From Leptonemataceae bacterium (GTDB lineage Bacteria > Spirochaetota > Leptospiria > Leptospirales > Leptonemataceae): DNA of 64,000 bases. Every line of letters begins with the position of its first letter. Positions within the stretch are counted from its first letter, which is position 1. The notes below the pieces were generated by a model, which saw only the letters and a list, made by a program, of their open reading frames with translations, did no database searches and was not told the origin of the DNA. The stretch lies in contig OZ245742.1 in the NCBI GenBank assembly GCA_965227295.1, positions 256,001 through 320,000 of the forward strand, written 5' to 3'. Below, piece after piece: positions 37,559-47,312 of the stretch. The translations under genes were made by a program, and so were the position numbers.

Positions 37559-39049
37559 ATGTCCACTACCACGATACAAACTCAGGCCGACACCACATGG
37601 AACAAGGACGTCTGGCAGCGAAAATTCTACAGCGGCGGCTGGACGAGCCTTTCTGAAACCACGCTGCAAGTTCAGGAACCGGCCACGGGCGAGCTGTTGA
37701 TCGAAGTGGCCGCGGGCGATGCGACGCACATTCGTCAGGCGGCGGCCGCGGCTCGTGCGGCGCAGCGTGACTGGGCCCGGACACCGGGAAAAGAACGTGC
37801 CGCCGTTCTCGAACGAGCGGCCGAATTCTTCGAACAGCACCGGGATGCATGTCTTACCTGGCTCATTCGCGAAAGCGGGAGCGTACGCCCCAAGGCGGAA
37901 CAGGAGTTACATCTTGCCATCAACACACTGCGCACGGCGGCCGAGCTCGCCGACGCCGCACACGAAATCGTATTACCGGCGACGGGCGAATCGCAGAACA
38001 CGGCACGTCGCATTCCCCGGGGCGTCGTGGGATTGATTACGCCGTTTAACTTTCCATTGTCTCTCGCGGTGCGCACGGTGGCGCCGGCCCTGGCCCTGGG
38101 CAATGCCGTCATCCTGAAGCCTGATCCGCGCACACCGTGTTCCGGCGGATTCATACTCGCTTCGGCTCTCGAAGCGGCGGGCCTGTCGGCCGATCTACTG
38201 CATGTGATTCCGGGGACGCACGAAGCCGGCGCCGCGCTCTGCAGCGATCCCGACGTCGCGATGATCTCTTTTACCGGCAGCACCGAAGCCGGTCGCAAAG
38301 TCGGCGCGCTCGCGGCACAACATCTGAAGAAGGTCTCCCTGGAACTTGGCGGCAAAAACGCGTTCGTGGTTCTCGACGATGCGGATTTGAATCTGGCTGT
38401 CTCCCACGCATCTTTCGGATCGTTCTTTCATCAGGGGCAGATCTGCCTCGCAACGGGACGCATCCTCGTACACCGGAACATCGCGAAAGAATTCGTAGAG
38501 CAGCTCGCGAAACGCGCCGGCCGTTTGTCGGTGGGCGATCCCATGGCACCGCGCACGGCACTGGGTCCGCTCATCGACGCAGGCCAGTGCGTGCGCGTGC
38601 ATTCGATCGTGCAGGACTCCGTCGCCGCGGGTGCCGAACTACGAGCCGGTGGAAGCTGCGAAGGGCTGATGTATCAGGCCACCGTACTGGATGGAGTGAA
38701 GCCGGGCATGCGGGCCTTTGACGAAGAAATCTTCGGCCCCGTGGCCGCGGTAACGACGTTCGAATCGGAAGCGCAGGCCGTGGACCTGGTCCACGCTGGC
38801 GGTTACGGTCTCGTCGCGAGCGTCTTCGCCGCTTCGACGGAACGAGCCCTGGAGTTCGGCCGCAATCTGAACGTGGCTATGTTGCATGTAAATCAGCACA
38901 CGATTCAAGAAGAAGCGCACGCGCCCTTCGGCGGCCTCGGCGCCTCCGGCAACGGCAGCAGCCAGGGCGGTCCCGCGAATCTCGACGAATTCACGACGTG
39001 GCATTGGATCACGGTCGAGGCTGCGCCGCGCCGCATGACGCCGTTTTGA
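37559..39049 (+). CDS. Aldehyde dehydrogenase (benzaldehyde DH-like)
   Basis: ITPFNFP, FTGSTEAG, LELGGKN, HQGQIC, EEIFGPV. Confidence 0.93.
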   Translation: MSTTTIQTQADTTWNKDVWQRKFYSGGWTSLSETTLQVQEPATGELLIEVAAGDATHIRQAAAAARAAQRDWARTPGKERAAVLERAAEFFEQHRDACLTWLIRESGSVRPKAEQELHLAINTLRTAAELADAAHEIVLPATGESQNTARRIPRGVVGLITPFNFPLSLAVRTVAPALALGNAVILKPDPRTPCSGGFILASALEAAGLSADLLHVIPGTHEAGAALCSDPDVAMISFTGSTEAGRKVGALAAQHLKKVSLELGGKNAFVVLDDADLNLAVSHASFGSFFHQGQICLATGRILVHRNIAKEFVEQLAKRAGRLSVGDPMAPRTALGPLIDAGQCVRVHSIVQDSVAAGAELRAGGSCEGLMYQATVLDGVKPGMRAFDEEIFGPVAAVTTFESEAQAVDLVHAGGYGLVASVFAASTERALEFGRNLNVAMLHVNQHTIQEEAHAPFGGLGASGNGSSQGGPANLDEFTTWHWITVEAAPRRMTPF

Positions 39050-39124
39050 AGGCGGCCAATCCGGGCACGCTCCCACCGCGTTTTTCGCTACCCGCGTTAC
39101 GATACGATCCGCCTCCTGACCGGC

Positions 39125-40693
39125 ATGTGCGGCATTGCCCTCATTGCCGGCGGCAGCGAAGACCATCGCAACGAACTGCGCCACATGCTCGCGCAAATGC
39201 AACACCGCGGCGAACTGACCGGCGTCCACTATGCGCCCGGTCTCGCCGCCGGTGTCCGCCGCCTGCCCATCGTCGACCGCCAGCACAACCATCAACCACG
39301 CATCTCGTCCGAACGCGTCCTCGTCTTCAACGGCGAGATCTACAACTACCAGGCGCTACGCCGCGAACTCGCCGGCCGGGACTTTCAGGGCGACGGCGAT
39401 ACCGAAGTCCTGCTGCGCGCGTTCGAAACCCACGGCCCCGACTGCGTCCACGCACTGGACGGCCAGTTCGCCTTCGTCATCGCCGGGCGCGAGCAACTCT
39501 TTTTCGCGCGCGATCCCCTGGGCATCAAACCGCTCTACTACGTAACATGTGCTGATTCGACATTAGCACCGATCTTTTACTTCGCCTCCGAGATCAAAGC
39601 CCTCACGTTCCTCGGCCGGCCGATCCGCTCGGTACCGCCCGGGCATCGCGGCACGGCGGATTTGCAGAGCGGCCGCGTTACGACCCGGGCCTGGTTCCAG
39701 GCAAAGCCCGGCAAACAACAGTCCGACGAAGCCGCCGCCGTCGACGAAGTCCGTACGTTGCTGGACCAGGCCGTGCGCAAACGCGTCGCCACCGATCTGC
39801 CCGTCGGCGTCGTCTACAGCGGCGGCATCGACAGCAGCATCGTCCTGCATCACGCACGCAAACATCACGACAACGTCACCGCTTTCACCGTCGTGAGTGA
39901 TCATCCGCGCCGCCCCGGGGCGGACCTGGCCTTCGCACGACGCTACTGCGAAGAACACGGCGTGCGCCATGTTATTGTTAACCTTCGCGCGCAAGATCTT
40001 AGCGCGGCTGCTGTACGCGCCGCCGTTCATTCCGGTGAACTCTCCGAGTACGGTGACGTCATCAACGCCCTCATCAGCCTGCCGCTGTTTCGGGCCGTGC
40101 GCGACGCCGGCATCAAAATCGCGCTCACCGGTGACGGTTCCGACGAACTTTTCGCCGGCTACGACATGTACGCCCGCGCCACGAACGGCAAAACCTCCGC
40201 GGCCCGGCTGTCCGCGCACAAACTCGCGAACCTGCATCGCACGGAACTGCAACGCGTGGATCGCTGTGCCATGGCGGCCGGTGTGGAAGCGCGCACCCCG
40301 TTCCTCGACGCGGCACTGATTCGATTCGCCGCCGACCTTCCGGACGATCTGAAGCTCCGGCCCAGCGCGGACGGCGTGGCCGAAAAGTACATCTTGCGTG
40401 CGGCCTTCGCGGACGAGTTGCCGGAGTACATCCTCCGGCGCCGCAAGAACGCGCTCTCTTACTCCAGCGGCCTGCACGAAATCGGGCGGTACTACAAACC
40501 GGCCTTTGCAAAACTCCACCGCGCGCGGCGCTACGAACTGCACGAGCCGCTGCACCGGGATTTCTCGCGGGCGCTGCGCCTGGCCGACGGCGACGTCGAT
40601 CGCGCCGCGGCGGAAATCACCGCCGGCCGAACTGAATCGATGTACTATCTGTATCGGGAGCGCCTGGCCGCGTGGCTGCGCCTGCGATTTTAG
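39125..40693 (+). CDS. asnB: Asparagine synthase (glutamine-hydrolysing) family amidotransferase
   Basis: MCGI N-terminal Cys, FNGEIYNY, RDPLGIKPLY, SGGIDSS, TGDGSDELFAGY, EARTPFLD. Confidence 0.88.
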   Translation: MCGIALIAGGSEDHRNELRHMLAQMQHRGELTGVHYAPGLAAGVRRLPIVDRQHNHQPRISSERVLVFNGEIYNYQALRRELAGRDFQGDGDTEVLLRAFETHGPDCVHALDGQFAFVIAGREQLFFARDPLGIKPLYYVTCADSTLAPIFYFASEIKALTFLGRPIRSVPPGHRGTADLQSGRVTTRAWFQAKPGKQQSDEAAAVDEVRTLLDQAVRKRVATDLPVGVVYSGGIDSSIVLHHARKHHDNVTAFTVVSDHPRRPGADLAFARRYCEEHGVRHVIVNLRAQDLSAAAVRAAVHSGELSEYGDVINALISLPLFRAVRDAGIKIALTGDGSDELFAGYDMYARATNGKTSAARLSAHKLANLHRTELQRVDRCAMAAGVEARTPFLDAALIRFAADLPDDLKLRPSADGVAEKYILRAAFADELPEYILRRRKNALSYSSGLHEIGRYYKPAFAKLHRARRYELHEPLHRDFSRALRLADGDVDRAAAEITAGRTESMYYLYRERLAAWLRLRF

Positions 40694-40756
40694 CGTTGCG
40701 CGATCCGGAGCATCTGACAAACTTCGGATATCACGCCGTTTTGCCGGAGTTCCATC

Positions 40757-41044
40757 ATGCTCACTCGCTATCTTTTCCTGATTCTACTGGCCGCCGTTGT
40801 TGTGCTGAGCCCCGTCCTGGCACAGAACGGCCAGGACGCAAGCCCGGCGCAGATGGACGAGTTCGACGCGCCCTACGGACCCTACGGCCCGCCGGCCGAC
40901 GACGACTACTACGGCCCGTATGGACCTTACGGGCCCTACGGTCCCGACGATGAAGGCGAAGATTACTACGGTCCGTATGGACCCTACGGACCGTATGGCC
41001 CTTACGACGAGGGCGAAGATTTCTACGGCCCGTACGGACCCTGA
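40757..41044 (+). CDS. Small secreted protein with (YGP)n repeats and acidic spacers
   Basis: Signal peptide ending VLA-Q; GGAG RBS; repeats vary at synonymous third positions. Confidence 0.8.
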   Translation: MLTRYLFLILLAAVVVLSPVLAQNGQDASPAQMDEFDAPYGPYGPPADDDYYGPYGPYGPYGPDDEGEDYYGPYGPYGPYGPYDEGEDFYGPYGP

Positions 41045-41070
41045 GGCCCTTAATTTCTAATTAAAAAATG

Positions 41071-41694
41071 TTAGTCGTCTTCGAATTCGAAGTGAAAGAA
41101 GTTCTTTAAGCGAACGATCGTATACAGTTCGCTCACGCTCGTCGTGGTGAACAGCGCCATGTATACGTCTTCTTTCATGCGGGCGACCGGCACATCGCGC
41201 ACGGCCCCGTCCTCTTCGTAGAACCGAAACGTCTCAATGCTCATGTGATAGTAGCGGTCGTCTTCACGATCGGCGTCGCTCGCGCCCACGTGATTCACCA
41301 CCCCGTGACCGATCACCAACAGGCCGGACTCGTAGGTCTCCCCCGCAACGCGGGCGGTGAAGTTGTAGCCCGGGTCCTGGATGTTATCGAGGGCGGCGGC
41401 GTCCGTCGACGCCAGGATCGAGAAAACGCCCGAGCTGAAGATCTCTTTCGGAACGCGCACGTCAATGGCGTGACCGCGCAAGAGCGGCACCCGATAGATG
41501 CCGGGATCGTCGGCGCCTTCCGGGTAAAGATTGCGGCGATCGCCGTTCTGCCAGATCTCCACGCCCGAAACGGTACGCAAGAATCCCCGCGCCGCGCCCC
41601 GGCGACGCATGTAGCTTTCGTACAAACGGCCACCGGCAAACGAAAGCCCGCCGGCGATCAGGGCAATACCCAGATACAAAAAGATATCGAGCAC
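41071..41694 (-). CDS. Hypothetical protein with N-terminal membrane anchor
   Basis: 207-aa ORF, hydrophobic N-terminus. Confidence 0.7.
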   Translation of the reverse strand: MLDIFLYLGIALIAGGLSFAGGRLYESYMRRRGAARGFLRTVSGVEIWQNGDRRNLYPEGADDPGIYRVPLLRGHAIDVRVPKEIFSSGVFSILASTDAAALDNIQDPGYNFTARVAGETYESGLLVIGHGVVNHVGASDADREDDRYYHMSIETFRFYEEDGAVRDVPVARMKEDVYMALFTTTSVSELYTIVRLKNFFHFEFEDD

Positions 41695-41757
41695 GTTCCG
41701 GTACGAAGCGAAAAAACCACCGGAGTGTCCAGCTTTTTCCGCGGGCGCCGGTAAATG

Positions 41758-42621
41758 AGAGCGGGCCCCGGGTGCGGATTCGCTTCATGGAATTTCCGGT
41801 AGTTCAAGAGCTGCCATTCGTTGCGTTGGCCGTGAACAACAGAAAGTAAGTCGGCAAATGCTGAAGGGCTTTTTTTGGCTACAGCTGAGCGGGAGCCTCA
41901 ATCTCGCTTCGGCGAGATTGAGGGATAGGCCGGGACATGTCCGCCTTCAAAAACGTTGTGGAGTTTCGTTTTGCTAAGTTATTCCGCCTCGACCCGGACG
42001 CTGGTTGTGCGACTCATCTCCCGTCGCGTTTCTTGCGGCGAAGACGCCGTCCCGGTGCGCCTTACCACATCCCCCGACACGACCTCCGTTCATCTGCTGG
42101 AACCAGCCGTACCCAAAAAAGTCTTAATGCAAACTGGCCACTACTTACACCACGATTCGGGGCGTGCTTGAACGACTAAAAACTTTCCGGTAGTTCAAGA
42201 GCCGCGGTTCGCAACGGTTGCCGCGAGAAACATGAGGTAAGTTGCGCAACCGTGAAATGCCTTTTTTGGCTACGGCTGAGCGGGAGCCTCAATCTCGCTT
42301 CGGCGAGATTGAGGGATAGGCCGGGACATGTCCGCCTTCAAAAACGTTGTGGAGTTTCGTTTTGTTAAGACAGTCCGCCAGTGGGGAACCAACTGCCGCG
42401 GCCCCAACAAGTGGGGCCTTGCCGACACCGGACGCGGATTTGCGACTCAGCTACCATAGCGATTCTTGCGACGAAGACGCCGTTCCGGTGCGCCTTACCA
42501 CATCCCCCGGCACGACCTCCGTTCATCTGCTGGAACCAGCTGTACCCATAAAAGGCTTAATACAAACTGGCCGCCACTTACTTCACGATCCGGGGCGTGC
42601 TCGAACGCACAGAAATTCTCC
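41758..42621 (+). repeat. Leader plus two tandem long structured units (period 391 bp)
   Basis: ggtagttcaagagc at 41798 and 42189; 90-nt identical block 41884..41973 = 42275..42364. Confidence 0.9.
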
Positions 42622-42632
42622 GCTTCCGCCGG

Positions 42633-44135
42633 TTATTCCCGTAAAAACACCGGCCGCACCTGCGAAACGTTGCGCCAGTTGCGCAGGTACGCCGCACTAA
42701 CGTTCGGCGGCAGTGCCTTAAGCAAACGCTGCCAGTCTTCTTCTTTCAACAGGGCGTAAAACGCCGGGAGATAGCGCACGTCGGCCCGACCCAGAAACCG
42801 CTCGAACACCCGGCGCGGGACGCCGTGGGCCAGGCGAAACAGCGGCCGCTCCGTGTGTCCCCGCTCCGGCGCGAACCGAAAGGCATCCTTACCGGTACGA
42901 TAATAATAAAAATTATCGAGGCCCTGGTGGGCAATGAGGATCGAGTCGTCCGGCAGATTCAAATCGTCCACGAAGCGCGCATAAACGTCGTACCGGATGT
43001 TCGAAGGATGCTGAAAGCTCGCCCGGGCATAAACCTGAAAACCGAGCAGGGCAAGCACCATCACGGCGAGCGTCCCGCCCCCGAACCGACTGCCGGCATC
43101 GAGTTCGCGGAGGACCAGGGCCAGGCCCAGCCCGGCGGGTACGAAGATCAGCAGGTACAGGCGAAAGGCCAGATCGAGGCGGTCGAAGCGCAGAAACGGG
43201 AAAATCACTAATCCATACAAAACAAACACCAGCAGCACGAGCACGTCCGGCCGGGCGCGCCGGCGGTAAGCCGCGAGGACTGCAAAACACGACGCCACGA
43301 TCGGCAGCACGCCGAAGAGCAGCGCCTCGGTGTATTGCGGCTGCGGCGGATGCATCAAATCAATGAACGACCACGGAGCGAACTGCGGCGATGCGAAGAC
43401 GCCCTGAAAACGCGCGAAGTCCGCCACGGAAAGGACGCCCGGCACGACGAACAACAGCGCACCGAGAAGGAGCGCACCGCCGATCAGAGCCGTCGCAAGC
43501 AAACGCACGTCCCGACGTAACGCATACAGTCCCGTCACCGCAAGCAAGATCAACGCCAGTCCGCCGGTGAGTTTGTGCGTAATGAGCGAAAGCAGCGCGA
43601 ACACCGTCGCGGGCCAGGCGCGCTCCACGACGGCCACCGCCGTGGCAAAGGGCGAGGCGCGATGTACGTCCGCGTGCATCAGTCGCGGCAGCATCGCGAG
43701 CGAAAACAAAAACCAGAAGATGCCGGCCAGGTTCTTAATGAACTCGAACGCGAAGTAAATTGCAAACGAGTTCCCGCAAACGAAGGCGGCAAGCACGGCC
43801 CCGGTCGCGGCGTGCCGGCCAAAGTTTCGCCCGGTAAGATACGCCGGCCAGGCCAGGGCGGCCGAAAGCACGGCCACCGCGATCTTATTCGAGAAGACGT
43901 AGTCGTTCGTGAAAAATGAAAAGCCCAGGAGATACGGCAACACGAGCGAGTAGTCCGGCGCGAAGAAACTTCCGCGCTCGTGGAGGTGCTTCATCTGCGC
44001 GGCGTAGTAGTACCCGTCCGCGCCGAAGGCGTGAGTCGACGACAGTAGATCGGAGAGGCCGAGCAGAAACGTGAGCCCGGCCGTAAGGATCGTAAGCAAG
44101 AGCCAGACATTCAGACGGGGCACGCCACAGTGCAC
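42633..44135 (-). CDS. Polytopic membrane protein (GT-C-like?)
   Basis: More than 10 TM helices; GADGYYY loop after TM1. Confidence 0.7.
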   Translation of the reverse strand: MHCGVPRLNVWLLLTILTAGLTFLLGLSDLLSSTHAFGADGYYYAAQMKHLHERGSFFAPDYSLVLPYLLGFSFFTNDYVFSNKIAVAVLSAALAWPAYLTGRNFGRHAATGAVLAAFVCGNSFAIYFAFEFIKNLAGIFWFLFSLAMLPRLMHADVHRASPFATAVAVVERAWPATVFALLSLITHKLTGGLALILLAVTGLYALRRDVRLLATALIGGALLLGALLFVVPGVLSVADFARFQGVFASPQFAPWSFIDLMHPPQPQYTEALLFGVLPIVASCFAVLAAYRRRARPDVLVLLVFVLYGLVIFPFLRFDRLDLAFRLYLLIFVPAGLGLALVLRELDAGSRFGGGTLAVMVLALLGFQVYARASFQHPSNIRYDVYARFVDDLNLPDDSILIAHQGLDNFYYYRTGKDAFRFAPERGHTERPLFRLAHGVPRRVFERFLGRADVRYLPAFYALLKEEDWQRLLKALPPNVSAAYLRNWRNVSQVRPVFLRE

Positions 44136-44159
44136 GGCCCGCCTTAATTTTCTGCAAGC

Positions 44160-44576
44160 TTATTCGGCGTATTCGAATCCGGCGTTGATGAGTTTGTCGC
44201 TCAGAAGCATGCGCCAGCGCACGACGGCGATCCGCGGCGCATCCGTCCCGCGTTGCAGCACAACCCGCGAATGGACTTTCAGATAGCCCTTCACCGGTTC
44301 GCCGTTCTCGTCCTCCGGACGCTGGACCACGAGACTGCAACCGCCGTCGGATTCATCGAGGACTATGGCGTAGCGCCGATCGCTTTCGCGGATTTCACCG
44401 TGTTCCTCGAAGTCCGCCACATCCACGGACACGGCGTTGAACTGGTAGCGCTCCGGCACCCGCCGCGGTTCCCGACGGCGCTCACCCACCGCAAAGGCCC
44501 CGGACTGCTCGCGCACGTAGTCCTTCGCGTTCATCAATTCTTGCGTGCCATTGTGTTTTTCTGCTTTTGCGTTCAT
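44160..44576 (-). CDS. PilZ domain protein
   Basis: RREPR (RxxxR) and DESDGG (DxSxxG) motifs, then VVRW. Confidence 0.7.
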   Translation of the reverse strand: MNAKAEKHNGTQELMNAKDYVREQSGAFAVGERRREPRRVPERYQFNAVSVDVADFEEHGEIRESDRRYAIVLDESDGGCSLVVQRPEDENGEPVKGYLKVHSRVVLQRGTDAPRIAVVRWRMLLSDKLINAGFEYAE

Positions 44577-44882
44577 GGAATCACCCCTAACAGTATCCTA
44601 ACAATGCAGTCCCTTCCCAAAAGGTCAACGCAAAGGCCTATAAACAAAGGGATTTTTGTGAATATTTTTCGAAGTCTGTAATACTTATGGCCTACGGAGT
44701 TACTGTGGAAGTACTTACTTTCTTACGGCGGTCCCCGCGCGGCGGGACGGAAGGCTGTCCCTTCATCGCCGGGCGCGAATCGCGGTGAGGCCCGCCGCGA
44801 GAGTCCTGCTCGATATTTCTCACCGCAAAGTGCGTGGTATTATTATGCTTGTGGCGAATCCACGTCCCGGAGAAACACCTGC

Positions 44883-45746
44883 ATGCAGTCGAACACCGTC
44901 ACCGTCGGCCTCATTCAGCTCAGCGCGAGCAACGATTCCACCGACAACCTCCGCCGCACCGTCGCCGAAATTCGCAACGCCGCCGACCGCGGCGCGCAGA
45001 TCATCTGCACCCAGGAACTCTTCTTAACACAGTATTTTTGCCAGTCCGAGCGCGCCGAGATCTTCGACCTCGCCGAAGCGATTCCCGGCCCCACCGTCGA
45101 AGCCCTGCAAAACGTCGCCCAGGAAAAACAGGTCGTCATCGTGGCCTCGCTCTTCGAACGGCGCATGGCCGGCCTCTATCACAACACGGCTGCAATCATT
45201 GATGCCGGCGGTGAATTTCTGGGCATGTACCGAAAAATGCACATCCCCGACGATCCGGAGTACTACGAAAAATACTACTTCACCCCCGGCGACCTGGGCT
45301 ATCGCGCGTGGGATACACGCTACGGTCGCATCGGCGTGTTGATCTGCTGGGACCAGTGGTTCCCGGAAGCGGCGCGCGCCACGGCCTTGCAGGGCGCCGA
45401 CATATTGTTTTATCCCACGGCCATCGGCTGGCACGACCATGAACGGCTAAACGTCGGCGACGCTCAGCACGACGCCTGGGAGACCGCGCAGCGCGCCCAT
45501 GCCATCGCCAACGGCGTGCACGTTTGTTCCATTAACCGCGTCGGCCGCGAAGGGGAACTCACGTTCTGGGGCCGCTCGTTCATTGCGGATCCGTTCGGTC
45601 GCCTCATCTACCGCGCCTCGGAAAACGCCGAGACCATCGTGCAGGAACTCGACCTGTCGCTTAACGAGAGCATTCGCCGGGACTGGCCGTTTCTGCGCGA
45701 TCGGCGCATCGAGACGTACGACGTGTTGCAGGCGCGGGGCGTGTAA
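44883..45746 (+). CDS. aguB: Carbon-nitrogen hydrolase (N-carbamoylputrescine amidase-like)
   Basis: QELF, YRKMHIPDDP..YEKYYFTPGD, ICWDQWFPEAAR, YPTAIG. Confidence 0.85.
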   Translation: MQSNTVTVGLIQLSASNDSTDNLRRTVAEIRNAADRGAQIICTQELFLTQYFCQSERAEIFDLAEAIPGPTVEALQNVAQEKQVVIVASLFERRMAGLYHNTAAIIDAGGEFLGMYRKMHIPDDPEYYEKYYFTPGDLGYRAWDTRYGRIGVLICWDQWFPEAARATALQGADILFYPTAIGWHDHERLNVGDAQHDAWETAQRAHAIANGVHVCSINRVGREGELTFWGRSFIADPFGRLIYRASENAETIVQELDLSLNESIRRDWPFLRDRRIETYDVLQARGV

Positions 45747-45766
45747 GTGCTGCGGAACAGATATTA

Positions 45767-47269
45767 GTGCAAGAGGAAGAAATCATTTGGGCGCCCCCGC
45801 CGCGTTGCGGCGGTCGGGCTTTCCAGGGCTCCGCTGTCGCTGCGGTCTCGCTGCGCGAGACTGGCCTTCGGCCACCCTTCCAATCCCTGGCGCAACTTTT
45901 CTTAACCATCACCCTTTTATCATTAACCGCTCTCCCACTCGCGGCACAGAAAACCGAAGACGCATCGGAAGAACCCGACCTGAATTCTTTCGTGCCCCTG
46001 CCCGTCCCCGTGGCGAGTTCCGACATCGGTACCGGCCTCGCCGGCCTGCTCATCTATACACGCACGAACCCCGACGGCGACAACGCCGCGCCTTACTCGT
46101 TCCAATCCAACGTGTCCGCCCTCCGCACGGACACGGGCTTCGAGATCTATTCCGTCCGCGCCGATTGGGTGAACGCCTTCGGGCTGCCGTTTCGCCTTGA
46201 AGGCGGCACGGGGTACATCCGCAACCTCAACGCCAACTACTTCGGCTACGGCAACGATCAGAATATCGCGGAGAACCGGCGCATCCAGCGCGGCGAGCAA
46301 GCGGTACAGGGCAACCTTCCGACACACCCGACCTGGATTCAGGGCGAGGAGGCGTCCATTAATACGAACGTCGTGCCGGCCGTACTCGATGGCGAGCCGC
46401 TCCGCGCCGTAAGTCCAGGTCGCCGCGTGTTAACGGAAAGCCAGGATAAATTCTACAACTTCGACATCGTGCGCCGCCAGTTCAATCTTGCTCTCGGAAG
46501 CTGGATCGGCAACACGAACTTTCGCTGGAAGGTCGGCGGCGTCTTTCAGCGCGTCCGCGTGCTCTCGTACCAGGGCGACACCGAAAACAACAACACCGTC
46601 CCGAACGTGCCGACCCTGCTCGATCTCGACCGCCCCGTCGGATACAATGCCACGCAGGACGTGCAGTACGCCAACGAGGTACGCTTCGTCCTGGTGTACG
46701 ACAGCACCCCGCGCCTGCGTGAGGTCCATCCGGACGAAGGCTTTCGCCTGGGCGCCTCGGCAGCGTCCAGCGGCGAAGGCATCGGCTCGCACTACGGCTA
46801 CGAACGTTATACGATCTTCTGGAATCATTACCTGGAACTTTTTGAAAGCACGTTCGCCCCGCGGGAACGCGAACTGATCCTGGCCGTGCGACTTTACGGC
46901 ATCGAGTCCACGGGAGACTTACCCTTCTTTCAAGAGCCCGGCCTCGGCGGGCGCACCCTGCGCGGCTATCCGGCACGGCAGTTCGTCGACAACGTAACGG
47001 TCTTCGGCTCCGTGGAACTGCGCTACACGTTCGCGAAGTCGGTGGAGGTCTTCGGCGGCACCGACTTCATGGCCGTCGCCTTCGTGGACCGCGGCCGGGT
47101 GGCGCCGTCGAAACAGGAACTTACCACGGAAGACTGGCACGACGCCGCGGGCGGAGGCCTGGGCATGCTGATCAACGAAAACGCGCTCCTGGAATTCGCG
47201 GTGGGGTACTCGCGGTACGAGAGTTACTTTGAGTTATCGTTCGGGCATACGTTTAAGTTGCGGGATTGA
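45767..47269 (+). CDS. Omp85/BamA-TamA family outer-membrane beta-barrel
   Basis: LGGRTLRGY motif, ELRY, FVDRGRV, aromatic C-terminal strand; start uncertain because a repeat overlaps the N-terminus. Confidence 0.8.
   Translation: MQEEEIIWAPPPRCGGRAFQGSAVAAVSLRETGLRPPFQSLAQLFLTITLLSLTALPLAAQKTEDASEEPDLNSFVPLPVPVASSDIGTGLAGLLIYTRTNPDGDNAAPYSFQSNVSALRTDTGFEIYSVRADWVNAFGLPFRLEGGTGYIRNLNANYFGYGNDQNIAENRRIQRGEQAVQGNLPTHPTWIQGEEASINTNVVPAVLDGEPLRAVSPGRRVLTESQDKFYNFDIVRRQFNLALGSWIGNTNFRWKVGGVFQRVRVLSYQGDTENNNTVPNVPTLLDLDRPVGYNATQDVQYANEVRFVLVYDSTPRLREVHPDEGFRLGASAASSGEGIGSHYGYERYTIFWNHYLELFESTFAPRERELILAVRLYGIESTGDLPFFQEPGLGGRTLRGYPARQFVDNVTVFGSVELRYTFAKSVEVFGGTDFMAVAFVDRGRVAPSKQELTTEDWHDAAGGGLGMLINENALLEFAVGYSRYESYFELSFGHTFKLRD
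45786..45892 (+). repeat. REP-like element family 1 overlapping the Omp85 5' end
   Basis: tttgggcg...gggctccgctgtcgctgcggtctcgctgcgcgagactggccttcggcca...ccaatccctggcgc. Confidence 0.8.
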
Positions 47270-47312
47270 GGGGAATTGACTCCGAGAACCGAGGTCATGC
47301 AAATCTCGGTGG

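Noticed and set aside
39125-40693. Lasso peptide cyclase
   Set aside because: Intact MCGI glutaminase domain and no B1/B2 proteins or lasso-type precursor nearby
41758-42621. CRISPR array, hammerhead/retrozyme, or small protein genes (71 and 117 aa)
   Set aside because: No short repeat-spacer periodicity or cas genes; no CUGANGA core found; differences between copies are non-synonymous with stops and frameshifts
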